Assembly: GCA_049414445.1 (NCBI GenBank) | Contig: JBMSAP010000091.1 | Location: 1-56,137, forward strand | Direction: 5' to 3' | DNA length: 56,137 nucleotides | DNA from: Candidatus Caldipriscus sp. | Lineage (GTDB): Bacteria; Hydrothermota; Hydrothermia; LBFQ01 | In this document: positions 9,344 through 18,656 of the stretch, one piece after another | How positions within the stretch are numbered: position 1 is the first letter of the stretch | How the letters are laid out: the number at the start of each line of letters is the position of its first letter | The notes under the pieces: generated by a model | Seen by the model: only the letters and a program-made list of their open reading frames with translations | Told to the model about the DNA's origin: nothing | Database searches by the model: none | Made by a program: the position numbers and the translations under genes

Positions 9344-10641
9344 AGAAGTTTGTATATCCTCTGCTCAAGTATTCCCAAAAGGGAATACGTTAGCCAGTAA
9401 AGAACTATGCCCGCGGGGAAGGTCAAAAATAGGAATACAAAGAGGAGGGATATTAAAATGGATATGCGCTTTGATTGGGGATCTACGTTAGGCTGTAAAT
9501 AAACGTTTAGCACGCTCACGCCACCCATAATTATAGGAAGAACATAGTAAGGGTCCCTCGCGCTTAGGTCCTTTATCCAGAATATAAACTCCGCCCCCTT
9601 TAGCTCTATTGAGTTTTGCAGAACCTGGTATAGGGCGAAGAATATTGGAAGCTGTAAGAAGAGGGGGAGGCAACCGGAGAAGGGATTGAAACCCGCCTCC
9701 CTGTAAAGCTTCATGGTTTCCCACTGTAGCCTTTCCGGATCGTTCCTGTAAAGTTTCTGGATCTTTTCCAGCTTGGGCTTTAATTCCTGCATCTTTGCGG
9801 ATGCTTTATACATATTAATTGAAAGGGGAGAGGTTAGGAGTTTTATAAAAAGCGCCAAGAGGATTATCGCAATCCCATAATTCTTCGTCAAACCCTCAAA
9901 AAACGTCAGGACCCAGTATATCGGCCAGGCGAGGAAGGTGGTCCAACCCCCTCCAAGGTCAAAGGCTTTTTCCATATTGGGTTCCATTGAAAGGAGCCTA
10001 TTCTCCGCCGGACCAAAAAATACGAAAAATTCCTTGTCCCCTTTTGGATAGAGCCTTAAAGTTATCCTATCCCCGTCCTTGAAGGATACGACGAACCCCC
10101 TAAAATCCCAAACCGAAACCATATAGTACCTTGACCTTAAGCCTATCCACCTTACGCTATCGGTATAAAACTCTTGGTTGGCGTTTTGATAGTTAAACTT
10201 CTTTAATTTCCCATCAAGGTATTGCACGAAGAGCTCCTTCCTCTCGTGCTTTGGATCCTCCGTTATTGGGAGGGTTATCTGTAAGGGTCTTTCTTCCTTC
10301 AGGGTTATCTTCAGGCGGTAATTACCGAGATTCTCAAGGTTAAATATCTGCGTATCCCTTAAGGGTTTTATAATGTAGCCCGTTACCCTCGCCTTATGCC
10401 TTTTATCGTTTAAGCCGTAAATTGCGCCCGTATTCTCATCTATTAGGTATTCGTATCCGCCGGCTTTAAGGGTTATAAGGGGGGGTTCAGGGGAGGCCTT
10501 TATAACCGTTTCCTCCTTTTTTTCGGTTTGCTGTTTAAAGAGCTCTTCCCTTCTGGGCCTTAGGACAAAATAGTCCCAAAGGAGCAAAAAGGTCATTACG
10601 AAGATAAAATATAGGATTATACCCGTTGTTCTGTTCATCAC
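9331..10641 (-). CDS. yidC: Membrane protein insertase YidC
   Basis: NYGIAIILL...K...PL, KMQELKP, LY...NPFSGCLP...QLPIFFALY, FWIKDLS..DPYYVLP, PAG.VLYW. Confidence 0.95.
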   Translation of the reverse strand: MMNRTTGIILYFIFVMTFLLLWDYFVLRPRREELFKQQTEKKEETVIKASPEPPLITLKAGGYEYLIDENTGAIYGLNDKRHKARVTGYIIKPLRDTQIFNLENLGNYRLKITLKEERPLQITLPITEDPKHERKELFVQYLDGKLKKFNYQNANQEFYTDSVRWIGLRSRYYMVSVWDFRGFVVSFKDGDRITLRLYPKGDKEFFVFFGPAENRLLSMEPNMEKAFDLGGGWTTFLAWPIYWVLTFFEGLTKNYGIAIILLALFIKLLTSPLSINMYKASAKMQELKPKLEKIQKLYRNDPERLQWETMKLYREAGFNPFSGCLPLFLQLPIFFALYQVLQNSIELKGAEFIFWIKDLSARDPYYVLPIIMGGVSVLNVYLQPNVDPQSKRISILISLLFVFLFLTFPAGIVLYWLTYSLLGILEQRIYKLLWKV

Positions 10642-11765
10642 CTATCAACGTCCCCAAAAACCGGATCTAAGGAACCCAAGATGGAAGTGGTATCCGCTAT
10701 GTAATGTCCGAGTAATATATGCTGTATTGCCATGAGGTTTGAGTAAGATGGGGAGCGGAGTTTTACCCTCGCGGGTTGGGGCTTTCCGTCGGAATATATA
10801 AACGCCCCAAGCTCCCCCCTCGGGCTTTCAACTTTGGCGTAAACCCAAGTGTTCGGGGGAAGCTTTATACCCACGGGCGTCTTCACGGGCATACGGGAGC
10901 TTATGGGACCTGAGGGTAGCCCATCTATAACCTGTTCAATTATTTTGAGGGATTCAAAGAGTTCAAGGTACCTTACGGTGGCCCTTGAGAAGGCGTCTCC
11001 CCCCTCCAAAGTTATCACGTTGAACTGGAAATCGTTATATGAGGAGTATCCGTCCGCTTTCCTGACGTCGTATGGCACACCGCTTGCCCTTAACGTGGGT
11101 CCGGATGCCCCTATTCTCAGGGCCAAATCCTTCGGTAAAACACCAACATTCACCGTCCTCGCTTTGAATATTGAGTTAGTTAAGAAAGGTTCATAATCCT
11201 CAAAGGACTTCCTTAGATACTTAACGGTTTCCTTGACTTTCCTGTCAAAACCTGCAGGGACGTCGTACCTTACCCCACCTATAAAGACGAAGTTGGGATG
11301 GAACCTTGAACCCGTAAGGATCTCTTTAAGGTCCAAAAGTTTTTCCCTATCCCTAAAACAGAACATGGCTAAATTTGTGCCACCCCCAAACGCCCCACCG
11401 AGGTCAAGCCCGTAAGTTCCTATCGCCACAAGGTGGGATGTGATCCTCTCTATCTCCGATAGTAAAACCCTAAGGTATTGAGCCCTTTTCGGCACCTCTA
11501 TTCCCGCCCCTTTTTCCACCGCCAAAACGAAAGCTAAGGCGTTTAGTGATGGGGCAAGGTAATCGTTCCTTTCAAGGATTGGAGGAATATTGTCGTACCC
11601 CCTATACTCGCAGAGCTTTTCAACCCCCCTGTGAAGATAACCTATTACGGGCTCAACCTTAAGGATCTTTTCCCCTTCAAGGTGTAAGATCAACCTTAGG
11701 ACCCCATGCGTTGATGGGTGCTGGGGTCCCATATTTAGCACAAGCTCCTCCGTCCTTACGGTCAT
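10638..11765 (-). CDS. nuoD: NADH-quinone oxidoreductase subunit D (49-kDa family), stand-alone
   Basis: LNMGPQHPSTHGVLRL, GYLHRG.EK, E.ERI.SH, GP.LRASGV.YD.RK, ESPRGELG, GSLDPVFGDVDR; no NiFe CxxC pairs. Confidence 0.9.
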   Translation of the reverse strand: MTVRTEELVLNMGPQHPSTHGVLRLILHLEGEKILKVEPVIGYLHRGVEKLCEYRGYDNIPPILERNDYLAPSLNALAFVLAVEKGAGIEVPKRAQYLRVLLSEIERITSHLVAIGTYGLDLGGAFGGGTNLAMFCFRDREKLLDLKEILTGSRFHPNFVFIGGVRYDVPAGFDRKVKETVKYLRKSFEDYEPFLTNSIFKARTVNVGVLPKDLALRIGASGPTLRASGVPYDVRKADGYSSYNDFQFNVITLEGGDAFSRATVRYLELFESLKIIEQVIDGLPSGPISSRMPVKTPVGIKLPPNTWVYAKVESPRGELGAFIYSDGKPQPARVKLRSPSYSNLMAIQHILLGHYIADTTSILGSLDPVFGDVDR

Positions 11766-11773
11766 AAGCGGAA

Positions 11774-11804
11774 ATTATACCGCTGTTGTGTTCCCCCTTA
11801 AAAT
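11774..11804. promoter_or_regulatory. Back-to-back -10 boxes for nuoD (-) and ispH (+)
   Basis: TATAAT (minus, 11774-11779) 8 nt before ATG 11765; TAAAAT (11799-11804) 7 nt before ATG 11812; no SD. Confidence 0.7.
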
Positions 11805-11811
11805 AAGCATA

Positions 11812-12741
11812 ATGGGATTTAGAATATATTTGGCTCACCCTAGGGGTTTCTGCGCAGGGGTGGATAGGGCTATAGAGATCGTGGAAAGGGCTTTGAAGCT
11901 TTTCGGGAAACCCGTATATGTGAGGCACGCGATCGTTCATAACAGGTACGTGGTGAGGGATTTGGAGCAAAAAGGGGCGATGTTCGTTGAGGATATAAAC
12001 GAGATCCCGGAGGGCTCAATAGTGATCTTCTCCGCGCACGGCGTGTCCCCTAAGGTTAGGGAGGAGGCTTTGAGGAGAAATTTGAAGGTTATAGACGCGA
12101 CATGCCCGCTTGTACATAAGGTTCATAAAGAGGTTAGGAAGTTCGCCCAGGAGGGATACACGATAATCTTGGTTGGTCATAGGGGACACGTGGAGGTGGA
12201 GGGTACGATGGGGGAGGCACCCGATAAGGTGATATTGGTTGAAAGCCTTGAGGATGCACAGGAGGTTGAAGTTCCCGACCCCAACAAGGTGGCGCTAACA
12301 ACGCAAACAACACTTTCCGTAGATGATACGAGGGAGATAATAGAAGTTTTAAAGAGGAGATTTCCTAATATCGTTCTACCAAAGACCGAAGATATTTGTT
12401 ATGCCACACAAAACCGTCAGGATGCGGTGAAGAAACTCGCGAAGATTTCGGATTTGGTTTTGGTAATAGGCTCAAAGGAGAGCTCCAATTCAAACAGGCT
12501 TAGGGAGGTGGCGGAAAAAAACGGGGCAAGGGCATTCTTAATAGAGGATGAGAGCTATATAGAGGAAAGTTGGCTTGAAAACGTTAAGGCGGTGGGTGTA
12601 ACATCAGGGGCATCAACTCCTGAGGTTTTGGTTAGGAGGGTGGTTTGGAGGCTTTTGGAGATGGGTGGGGAATTTGTGGAGGAGTTGGACGGAATTAAGG
12701 AAAACGTAAAATTTGCCCTACCAGAGGAGGTAAGGGTTTGA
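11812..12741 (+). CDS. ispH: 4-hydroxy-3-methylbut-2-enyl diphosphate reductase
   Basis: PRGFCAGV.RAI, IVHN, FSAHGV, DATCPLV.KVH, QTTLS, ICYATQNRQ, SSNS.RL, TSGASTP; likely start ATG 11812. Confidence 0.97.
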   Translation: MGFRIYLAHPRGFCAGVDRAIEIVERALKLFGKPVYVRHAIVHNRYVVRDLEQKGAMFVEDINEIPEGSIVIFSAHGVSPKVREEALRRNLKVIDATCPLVHKVHKEVRKFAQEGYTIILVGHRGHVEVEGTMGEAPDKVILVESLEDAQEVEVPDPNKVALTTQTTLSVDDTREIIEVLKRRFPNIVLPKTEDICYATQNRQDAVKKLAKISDLVLVIGSKESSNSNRLREVAEKNGARAFLIEDESYIEESWLENVKAVGVTSGASTPEVLVRRVVWRLLEMGGEFVEELDGIKENVKFALPEEVRV

Positions 12742-13598
12742 GGTTTAGCTTTATAGTTAATCCAGTATCAAGGTCAGGTTTAAAGGTCTTCAGAGAGTTT
12801 TCCAAGATCCTTGAAGAGCATGGGTATCAGTACGAATATTTCATAACCGAGAGGAGGGGGCATGCGAGAGAGCTGGTAAGGGAAATTAAAGGGGATGTTA
12901 TTTTAGTCGCGGGAGGGGATGGGACGTTAAACGAGGTGGTAAACGGGGTGATAGAAAACAAAATAGATATTCTTATTGCTCCCATATTCGGTGGGACGGG
13001 TTGCGATGTTGCGAGGAGCTTAAACGTTAAAAGGGATCCAAGGGAAAGGGTTTTGGAAATTCTTAAGGGGGAGATAAAGGAGGTTCATCCGGTTTTGCTT
13101 AAAACTTCCGAGGGTTTTAGGTACTTCGTGGGGGTTTCGGATGTGGGATTTGGGGCGGAGGTCGCCTACAGATTTGATGGTTTGAGGAGGTTTGGGAGGT
13201 TCGGCTATGCCATAGGCGTCTTGAATACCCTTTACGAGTTAAAACCCATATTCGTAGAAATGGAAGTTGGGGAAATAAATTACAAAGGATATACGATCCT
13301 TATAGCCTTCGCTAATTCGCCGTATTTTGGAGGTGGGATGAAGATTTCCCCTAATTCAAGCATCACTGGGGATACGAGGGTGATAGTCGTTGAATACGCT
13401 CCCAAATGGAAGTTCGTTTATTATTTTCCAAAGGTTTATTCCGGGAAACATATAAATTTGAGGGAGGTTAAAGAGTTTGAGGCGGAAAAATTGAAGGTTT
13501 TTACTGGAGGGATCCCAGTTGAATGCGAGGGGGAATTTGCGGGTTATACCCCCGCGCACTACGAGGTTAGGAGGGATATAACCATAAAGTTTTTGTGA
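12738..13598 (+). CDS. Diacylglycerol kinase family (YegS/DagK-like) lipid kinase
   Basis: IVNP.S, GGDGTLNEVVNG, GTGCDVAR, N..YFGGG. Confidence 0.9.
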   Translation: MRFSFIVNPVSRSGLKVFREFSKILEEHGYQYEYFITERRGHARELVREIKGDVILVAGGDGTLNEVVNGVIENKIDILIAPIFGGTGCDVARSLNVKRDPRERVLEILKGEIKEVHPVLLKTSEGFRYFVGVSDVGFGAEVAYRFDGLRRFGRFGYAIGVLNTLYELKPIFVEMEVGEINYKGYTILIAFANSPYFGGGMKISPNSSITGDTRVIVVEYAPKWKFVYYFPKVYSGKHINLREVKEFEAEKLKVFTGGIPVECEGEFAGYTPAHYEVRRDITIKFL

Positions 13599-13853
13599 TC
13601 ACTTAGCTTTTCCGGGTCTTATTGGGCTTCCCCTCCTTTCATACTCCTTGTTTATATAATCGTAAATCTGGTTGTAATATTCCTCGGACTTTTTTGTGCT
13701 GTCGGAAAGTTCCTTCGCCATCTCCCTCAACCTCTTTATTTCCAACCTCAAGCTATCCACCTCCCTCTCCAACCTTTCCACCCTCCTTACGTACTCCTTT
13801 GGCACCGTTGAACAGGATAATAGAACAAAAGAAAATAAAACCCACCTTTTCAT
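13599..13853 (-). CDS. Small coiled-coil lipoprotein, hypothetical
   Basis: MKRWVLFSFVLLSC lipobox; heptad-like charged segment; -10 box 6 nt upstream. Confidence 0.7.
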   Translation of the reverse strand: MKRWVLFSFVLLSCSTVPKEYVRRVERLEREVDSLRLEIKRLREMAKELSDSTKKSEEYYNQIYDYINKEYERRGSPIRPGKAK

Positions 13854-13862
13854 TTCGGAATT

Positions 13863-14777
13863 TTAAGGTTGCCTTAAATAACCCCGGGCGAACTCCTCCC
13901 CCGTTATAACCCTCCTCCCCTCCACCTGAATTTTGAGGATCTCCACGCACCCGTCCGAACATCCCAAAATCAGCTTCCTTTCCCTTTTATCGTAAAATAT
14001 TTCTCCGATCTCACGTTCCCTTTCGCGAAAAATTGGCCTTGCATGCAGGATCTTTAAATTTTTCCCCTTCCATATATACCTAGCACCGGGCTTCGGGGAA
14101 AGTCCGTTTATCTTTCCCACCGTCCTTTTTACCCCTTCCTCGGGCCTTACGAACTCCTCCTCAGGCTTTATTTTTGGGGCGTAAGAAACTTCCCCAACTT
14201 GCTCCTTAAATTCTCTGAACCCCTCAAGGATCATAAGCGCAGATCTATAAAGCATCTCCGCACCGATCTTTGCCACCTTTGGTATCACATTCCCCTTTGT
14301 TTCTTCGCATGGATTTATGGGGATTTTATCCTGTAAGACTATCTTTCCCTCGTCTATCCTTTCCGTCATAACGAAAACCGTCAAACCTAAAATATCCTCG
14401 CAGTTGAAGAAAGCCCTCTCAATTGGGGATGCTCCCCTGTATTTGGGCAACAAAGATGGGTGAAAGCATAGGGGGAAAAGCTTTGGGATCTCCAAAACCT
14501 CTTTTGGTAATTTTCCCCCGTAATCCGCGAGCATAATGAAATCCGGCTCAATTTCTTTCAGTTCCTTTAAAAAACCTTCATCCGCCAAGGATAGGGGTGT
14601 CAAAACCTCAATTCCAACCTCCAAAGCAAGCTCCTTCACGGGTGTCGCCTGAAGCCTTTTACCCCTACCCTTCGGGGCATCGGGTTTCGTAACCACCAAA
14701 ATTGGTTTAACGAAGTTTAAAAGGTTTTTCAGAACCTCCCTTGAAACTTCACCCCCTCCAAAATATACGACTTTCAA
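13863..14777 (-). CDS. fmt: Methionyl-tRNA formyltransferase
   Basis: VVTKPD.PKGRG, HPSLLPKYRGASPI, D.G, YAPKI, P.PGA. Confidence 0.93.
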   Translation of the reverse strand: MKVVYFGGGEVSREVLKNLLNFVKPILVVTKPDAPKGRGKRLQATPVKELALEVGIEVLTPLSLADEGFLKELKEIEPDFIMLADYGGKLPKEVLEIPKLFPLCFHPSLLPKYRGASPIERAFFNCEDILGLTVFVMTERIDEGKIVLQDKIPINPCEETKGNVIPKVAKIGAEMLYRSALMILEGFREFKEQVGEVSYAPKIKPEEEFVRPEEGVKRTVGKINGLSPKPGARYIWKGKNLKILHARPIFREREREIGEIFYDKRERKLILGCSDGCVEILKIQVEGRRVITGEEFARGYLRQP

Positions 14778-14783
14778 GTGGGA

Positions 14784-14811
14784 ATTTTAAGTGGGAAAAC
14801 CCCCTTACAAT
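14784..14811. promoter_or_regulatory. Back-to-back -10 boxes for fmt (-) and osmC (+)
   Basis: TAAAAT (minus, 14784-14789) 6 nt before TTG 14777; TACAAT (14806-14811) 8 nt before ATG 14820. Confidence 0.68.
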
Positions 14812-14819
14812 AAACGTCT

Positions 14820-15251
14820 ATGGCAATAGTTAGGAAGTCTTCCGCGATTTGGAAAGGTGTTTTGAGGGATGGGGAAGGAAGGATGGTGGTGGGAAGAGGG
14901 TACTTTGAGGGGCCTTTTACTTTTGCTTCAAGGTTTGAAAGCGGTGAGGGAACTAACCCGGAGGAGCTTATAGGTGCTGCGCATGCGGGTTGCTTTAGTA
15001 TGGCCCTATCTTCAACTTTGGAAAAGGCGGGATACAAACCCGTTGAAATACATACCGAGGCGGAGGTAATAATGGAGATGAAGGAAGAAGGACCGAGAAT
15101 AACGAAGATAGTTTTACACACAAAGGCAAGGGTTGAGGGGATAGATAGGGATACCTTCCTGAAACTTGCGGAGCAGGCGAAAAATAATTGCCCGGTTTCG
15201 GTTGCATTAAGGGGGGTTGGTGAGATAGTTCTGGAGGCAGAACTCCTTTAA
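14820..15251 (+). CDS. osmC: OsmC family peroxiredoxin
   Basis: SRFESGEGTNPEELIGAAHAGCFSMALS; AK.NCPVS. Confidence 0.95.
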   Translation: MAIVRKSSAIWKGVLRDGEGRMVVGRGYFEGPFTFASRFESGEGTNPEELIGAAHAGCFSMALSSTLEKAGYKPVEIHTEAEVIMEMKEEGPRITKIVLHTKARVEGIDRDTFLKLAEQAKNNCPVSVALRGVGEIVLEAELL

Positions 15252-16135
15252 TGGATGTATATATAATAGGGGCACCGTTTACGGGAAAAAGCACCCTTTT
15301 GGAGAGGCTTACGGGTGGAAAAGGTGTGGGGTCTTTGAAATTGAACGATGAGAGGTTTGAGGCTTTGGTTGATTTTTTCAAACCAAAGAAGATTACGCCA
15401 CCTTACATAAATTTGCACGATAATCCTAAAAACTTGGCGAAGGCGGATGCCTTGGTAGAGGTCGTCGGTGGCTTAACGGAAAACTTCACCTCCTTCGTTG
15501 ATACTACTTTGAACTTCCTCAGCTTTGAAGCCGAAGTTTTACTCTCAAACATAAAAAAGCTGGAAAAGAGGGGGGAGGAAAAAACTTTAAGGATCCTGAA
15601 AAAAGCGTACGATGCGGTTTCAGGGGGGATCCCTTTGTTCTCGTTGGGTCTTGATGAGGAGGAGGTAAAAGTCCTGAGGGGGTACGGCCTTCCTTCCCTA
15701 AAGCCCAGACTTATAATCCTAAACAAAACAAGGGAATCAAATATAGGGGAGGAGGTATATTCGGAGCTTAGAACCCAGAACCTTCCGTATCTGGAGATGA
15801 ACATATTGGAGGACAACCCGGAGGAGATGGGAAGGAAAATCTTCCTGAAGATCTTGGAAATAACGGGTATGATAGTTTTCTTTACCCCTTCGGAGAAGGA
15901 GGTTAGGGGTTGGCTTTTGGAGAGGGGAGCGACCGTGGTTGAGGCTGCGGGAAAGATCCACAACGACTTTGCCAGGACCTTCGTGAAAGCGGAGGTTATA
16001 GATTGGGAGAGCTTAATAAAGGGTGGGGGGTGGAAAGGGGCAAAGGAGAAAAACCTTATACGCCTTGAGGGAAAGGATTACATAGTTAAGGATGGGGATT
16101 GTATATACATAAGGGCTTCCGCAATAAAATCCTAA
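15251..16135 (+). CDS. ychF: YchF/OLA1-like P-loop protein with C-terminal TGS (DUF933) domain, shortened and divergent
   Basis: GAPFTGKSTL Walker A; FFT...EVRGW, AAGKIHNDF..TFVKAEVI, RLEGKDYIVKDGD. Confidence 0.75.
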   Translation: MDVYIIGAPFTGKSTLLERLTGGKGVGSLKLNDERFEALVDFFKPKKITPPYINLHDNPKNLAKADALVEVVGGLTENFTSFVDTTLNFLSFEAEVLLSNIKKLEKRGEEKTLRILKKAYDAVSGGIPLFSLGLDEEEVKVLRGYGLPSLKPRLIILNKTRESNIGEEVYSELRTQNLPYLEMNILEDNPEEMGRKIFLKILEITGMIVFFTPSEKEVRGWLLERGATVVEAAGKIHNDFARTFVKAEVIDWESLIKGGGWKGAKEKNLIRLEGKDYIVKDGDCIYIRASAIKS

Positions 16136-16138
16136 ATT

Positions 16139-16429
16139 ATGCTCGGGATCCTCATCTTGGAGATCCACCTACCCTTCGTAAGATCCCTTAAAGAAAAGAG
16201 GAAGTATATCAGCGTTCTTAGGGCTATTTCAAAGGATTTTAGTGCCGCATTTTCGGAGCTTAATCATCACGACGAATGGCAGATAGCAACGGTGGCCTTC
16301 GTTGTGGTTGGGAACAACGGTGGGGTTTTAGATTCGGTTTTGGAGAGGATAATAGATAGGGTTGATGAGGAGTTTGAAATTTTGGGCATAAAGAAGAGCA
16401 TTGAACCCATCTCATTTGATATAATCTGA
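16139..16429 (+). CDS. DUF503 (YlxP-like) protein
   Basis: GIL.LEIHLP...SLKEKR, E..HHD.WQ. Confidence 0.85.
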   Translation: MLGILILEIHLPFVRSLKEKRKYISVLRAISKDFSAAFSELNHHDEWQIATVAFVVVGNNGGVLDSVLERIIDRVDEEFEILGIKKSIEPISFDII

Positions 16430-17515
16430 TCACCTTATCCTTATTAGGTTTCCCAAGTAAAAACCCAAACCCGTCCTGTGGTTATAAACCAATGCCGGGA
16501 AAAAGTCCCCGATTGACAAAAATATGGGAAATCCGAAACCCAAGGAATACCCAAATTCACCGTCCAAAAAACCGAGATCTAGGAAGGGTGATGTTCCAAG
16601 TCCCCCATCCAAAAACCTTGATAAAAATGGGATCCTATTTAAAAGCAAAAATCTGGGCTCAAGGGAAAATATTACCCTCTCCCTCCCCAATATCCTCTCC
16701 GTTGGTATGTCTCCCCTAAGGGCGTCGTCCGTACCTATGAAGTTCGGCATAAAGTAAAACCTCTCTTCCCCAAAAACCCTTGAATAACCGAAATACGCGG
16801 AAAGTGTAAAATTGCCGAAGGTTTTATAAAATTCACCTTGAAGGTCAAATCTTCTGAGAACAAAATTTCCGAAGTTTTCGGATAATTTCCCCCTAAGGGC
16901 GTACCCCTTCCTCGGGTAGTTTAGCCAATCCCTCTTATCCCTCGTTAAGGTGTATTTGTAAGCGAAAAATTTATCCGCATAGTTATAAGAGTAAAGTCCC
17001 ACGGAGATATCCGTCCTTAGGTTCTCGGCGATGTTTTCGGAAAAATACCCTTCCACCCAATCCCTGTGTATATTCTCCCTATAAATCGAGCTCTTGTAAT
17101 CGTTGCTCCCAATGGAAAAACCGTATGACCTTTTCAGGAACCTGTACCTTGGGGATTGCCAGCCGAACTCCCAACCCTTACGGGCACCCAAGGTGAAATA
17201 AACATAAAGGTTTTCGCCGTATCCCCTGAAGTTGCTGTGATATAAACCCATACCCAAAGTTAGCCCCTCGCTGAAACTATAGTTTATTATCGGGGAAGGC
17301 CAGATGTACCAATACTCCTTCAGCCTTACGAGGAGGGTATCGCCAAGTGTATCAACCTCCACCTTCAAAAATAGCCCGGTTTCCTCCAACCTTCTCTTTA
17401 CGTTTAAGGTATCCACGCACAGGCATTCCCCAAGTTCAAGGATCCTATATATAAACTCCGTTTTTGTTTGCCCGTTTCCAATTACCTTGACGAAAAAGGA
17501 AAGGAGTATTATCAT
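16430..17515 (-). CDS. Omp85/BamA-TamA-like outer membrane protein (one POTRA-like domain plus beta-barrel)
   Basis: GN..TK..FI.R, L..TGLF..V POTRA pattern; NFRG.GE; RD....P.KG; LRG; likely start ATG 17515 (ATGA overlap). Confidence 0.75.
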   Translation of the reverse strand: MIILLSFFVKVIGNGQTKTEFIYRILELGECLCVDTLNVKRRLEETGLFLKVEVDTLGDTLLVRLKEYWYIWPSPIINYSFSEGLTLGMGLYHSNFRGYGENLYVYFTLGARKGWEFGWQSPRYRFLKRSYGFSIGSNDYKSSIYRENIHRDWVEGYFSENIAENLRTDISVGLYSYNYADKFFAYKYTLTRDKRDWLNYPRKGYALRGKLSENFGNFVLRRFDLQGEFYKTFGNFTLSAYFGYSRVFGEERFYFMPNFIGTDDALRGDIPTERILGRERVIFSLEPRFLLLNRIPFLSRFLDGGLGTSPFLDLGFLDGEFGYSLGFGFPIFLSIGDFFPALVYNHRTGLGFYLGNLIRIR

Positions 17516-18222
17516 ACGAGCTCTACGGGGCAAGGGAATTTTAGGGCGGAGATGAGCTCCGGATATTTTTCCCCCTTTCCCGTCAAAAACACTTTTATTT
17601 TTCCACCCGACCCCAAACCTTTGAAACTCCGCGCGAAGTGTTCCGCAAAAAGCTCGGATATATCAAGGATCCCCAAGTTTGGCTTTATCTTCCTTATTGC
17701 TCCCTTCAAAACGGTATAGTGCGTACAGGCTAAAATTAAAAAATCAAAACCTTCGGGTAGGATTTCCTTAAGGTATTCCTCCACCTCCCCTCCCTCCCAA
17801 ATCCCCATCTCCACAAATTGGGCGAGTTTTGGTGTGGCAAGGGCGCTAACACCGAGTTTCCTTTGATAAAATCCCGATTCAACCGTCCTTTTAGTCCCTA
17901 TGATAAGGGAATTTTTTGGAACTTGAAATCCTTCCAAAAAATCCGTTATCAGGATAACGGGCCTTTCAAACTCCTTTCTTAAATTTTCCCCAACTATGGT
18001 TGATAAGGTATTGCACGCGACCACCACAACATCAACACCCCTTTCAAAGAGATAGCTTATACCCCTTCTCCCTATCTCAAATAGTTCCTCCTTTTCCTTA
18101 TCGCCATATGGGAAATTCGCCGTATCCGCTAAATATAAAACATCAAAACATCCCACCCTCTCCACTATCTCCCTTAGGGTTATTAACCCACCTATCCCGG
18201 AATCGTAAAATCCGAACTTCAA
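17512..18222 (-). CDS. murI: Glutamate racemase
   Basis: DSGIGG, D.A..PYG.K, ACNT, LACTHY. Confidence 0.95.
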   Translation of the reverse strand: MKFGFYDSGIGGLITLREIVERVGCFDVLYLADTANFPYGDKEKEELFEIGRRGISYLFERGVDVVVVACNTLSTIVGENLRKEFERPVILITDFLEGFQVPKNSLIIGTKRTVESGFYQRKLGVSALATPKLAQFVEMGIWEGGEVEEYLKEILPEGFDFLILACTHYTVLKGAIRKIKPNLGILDISELFAEHFARSFKGLGSGGKIKVFLTGKGEKYPELISALKFPCPVELV

Positions 18223-18656
18223 GGCAGTTTTAACAGTATATTTACTGGACCCTCATTTTCGGAAAAGACCAGCATACTATCCCTAAAAACTCCAGTTTTT
18301 GTGGGCACCCTTCGTGATAATATCTCCGCCAATTTATCAAACAGGATGGATGCGAGGTCAACCTTTAAGGCGTTGTCAAAGGAAGGCCTGTTACCCTTCC
18401 TTGCATCTCCCGCCAAGGTGAAGTTGGGAACAAGGAGAACCTCCCCACCAACATCAAACACCGAAAGGTTCATCTTACCCCTTTCATCCTCAAAGATCCT
18501 CAAGTTTGATATCTTTACCGCGCACTTTTCTAAGAAACCCTCATTATCATCCGCCTCAAACCCCACATATACCAAAATTCCTCTACCTATCTCCTCCCTC
18601 TTTCCCGAAGAGCATAAAACCCACGCCCTCTTTACCCTCTGTATCAAGCATATCAC
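18219..18656 (-). CDS. dtd: D-aminoacyl-tRNA deacylase
   Basis: IQRV, LRIFED..GKMNLS, PNFTL, KGNRPSF, NEGPV. Confidence 0.95.
   Translation of the reverse strand: MICLIQRVKRAWVLCSSGKREEIGRGILVYVGFEADDNEGFLEKCAVKISNLRIFEDERGKMNLSVFDVGGEVLLVPNFTLAGDARKGNRPSFDNALKVDLASILFDKLAEILSRRVPTKTGVFRDSMLVFSENEGPVNILLKLP

Noticed and set aside
10638-11765. Group 4 NiFe-hydrogenase large subunit
   Set aside because: Both CxxC Ni-binding motifs are absent (ERNDY and DPVFGDVDR instead)
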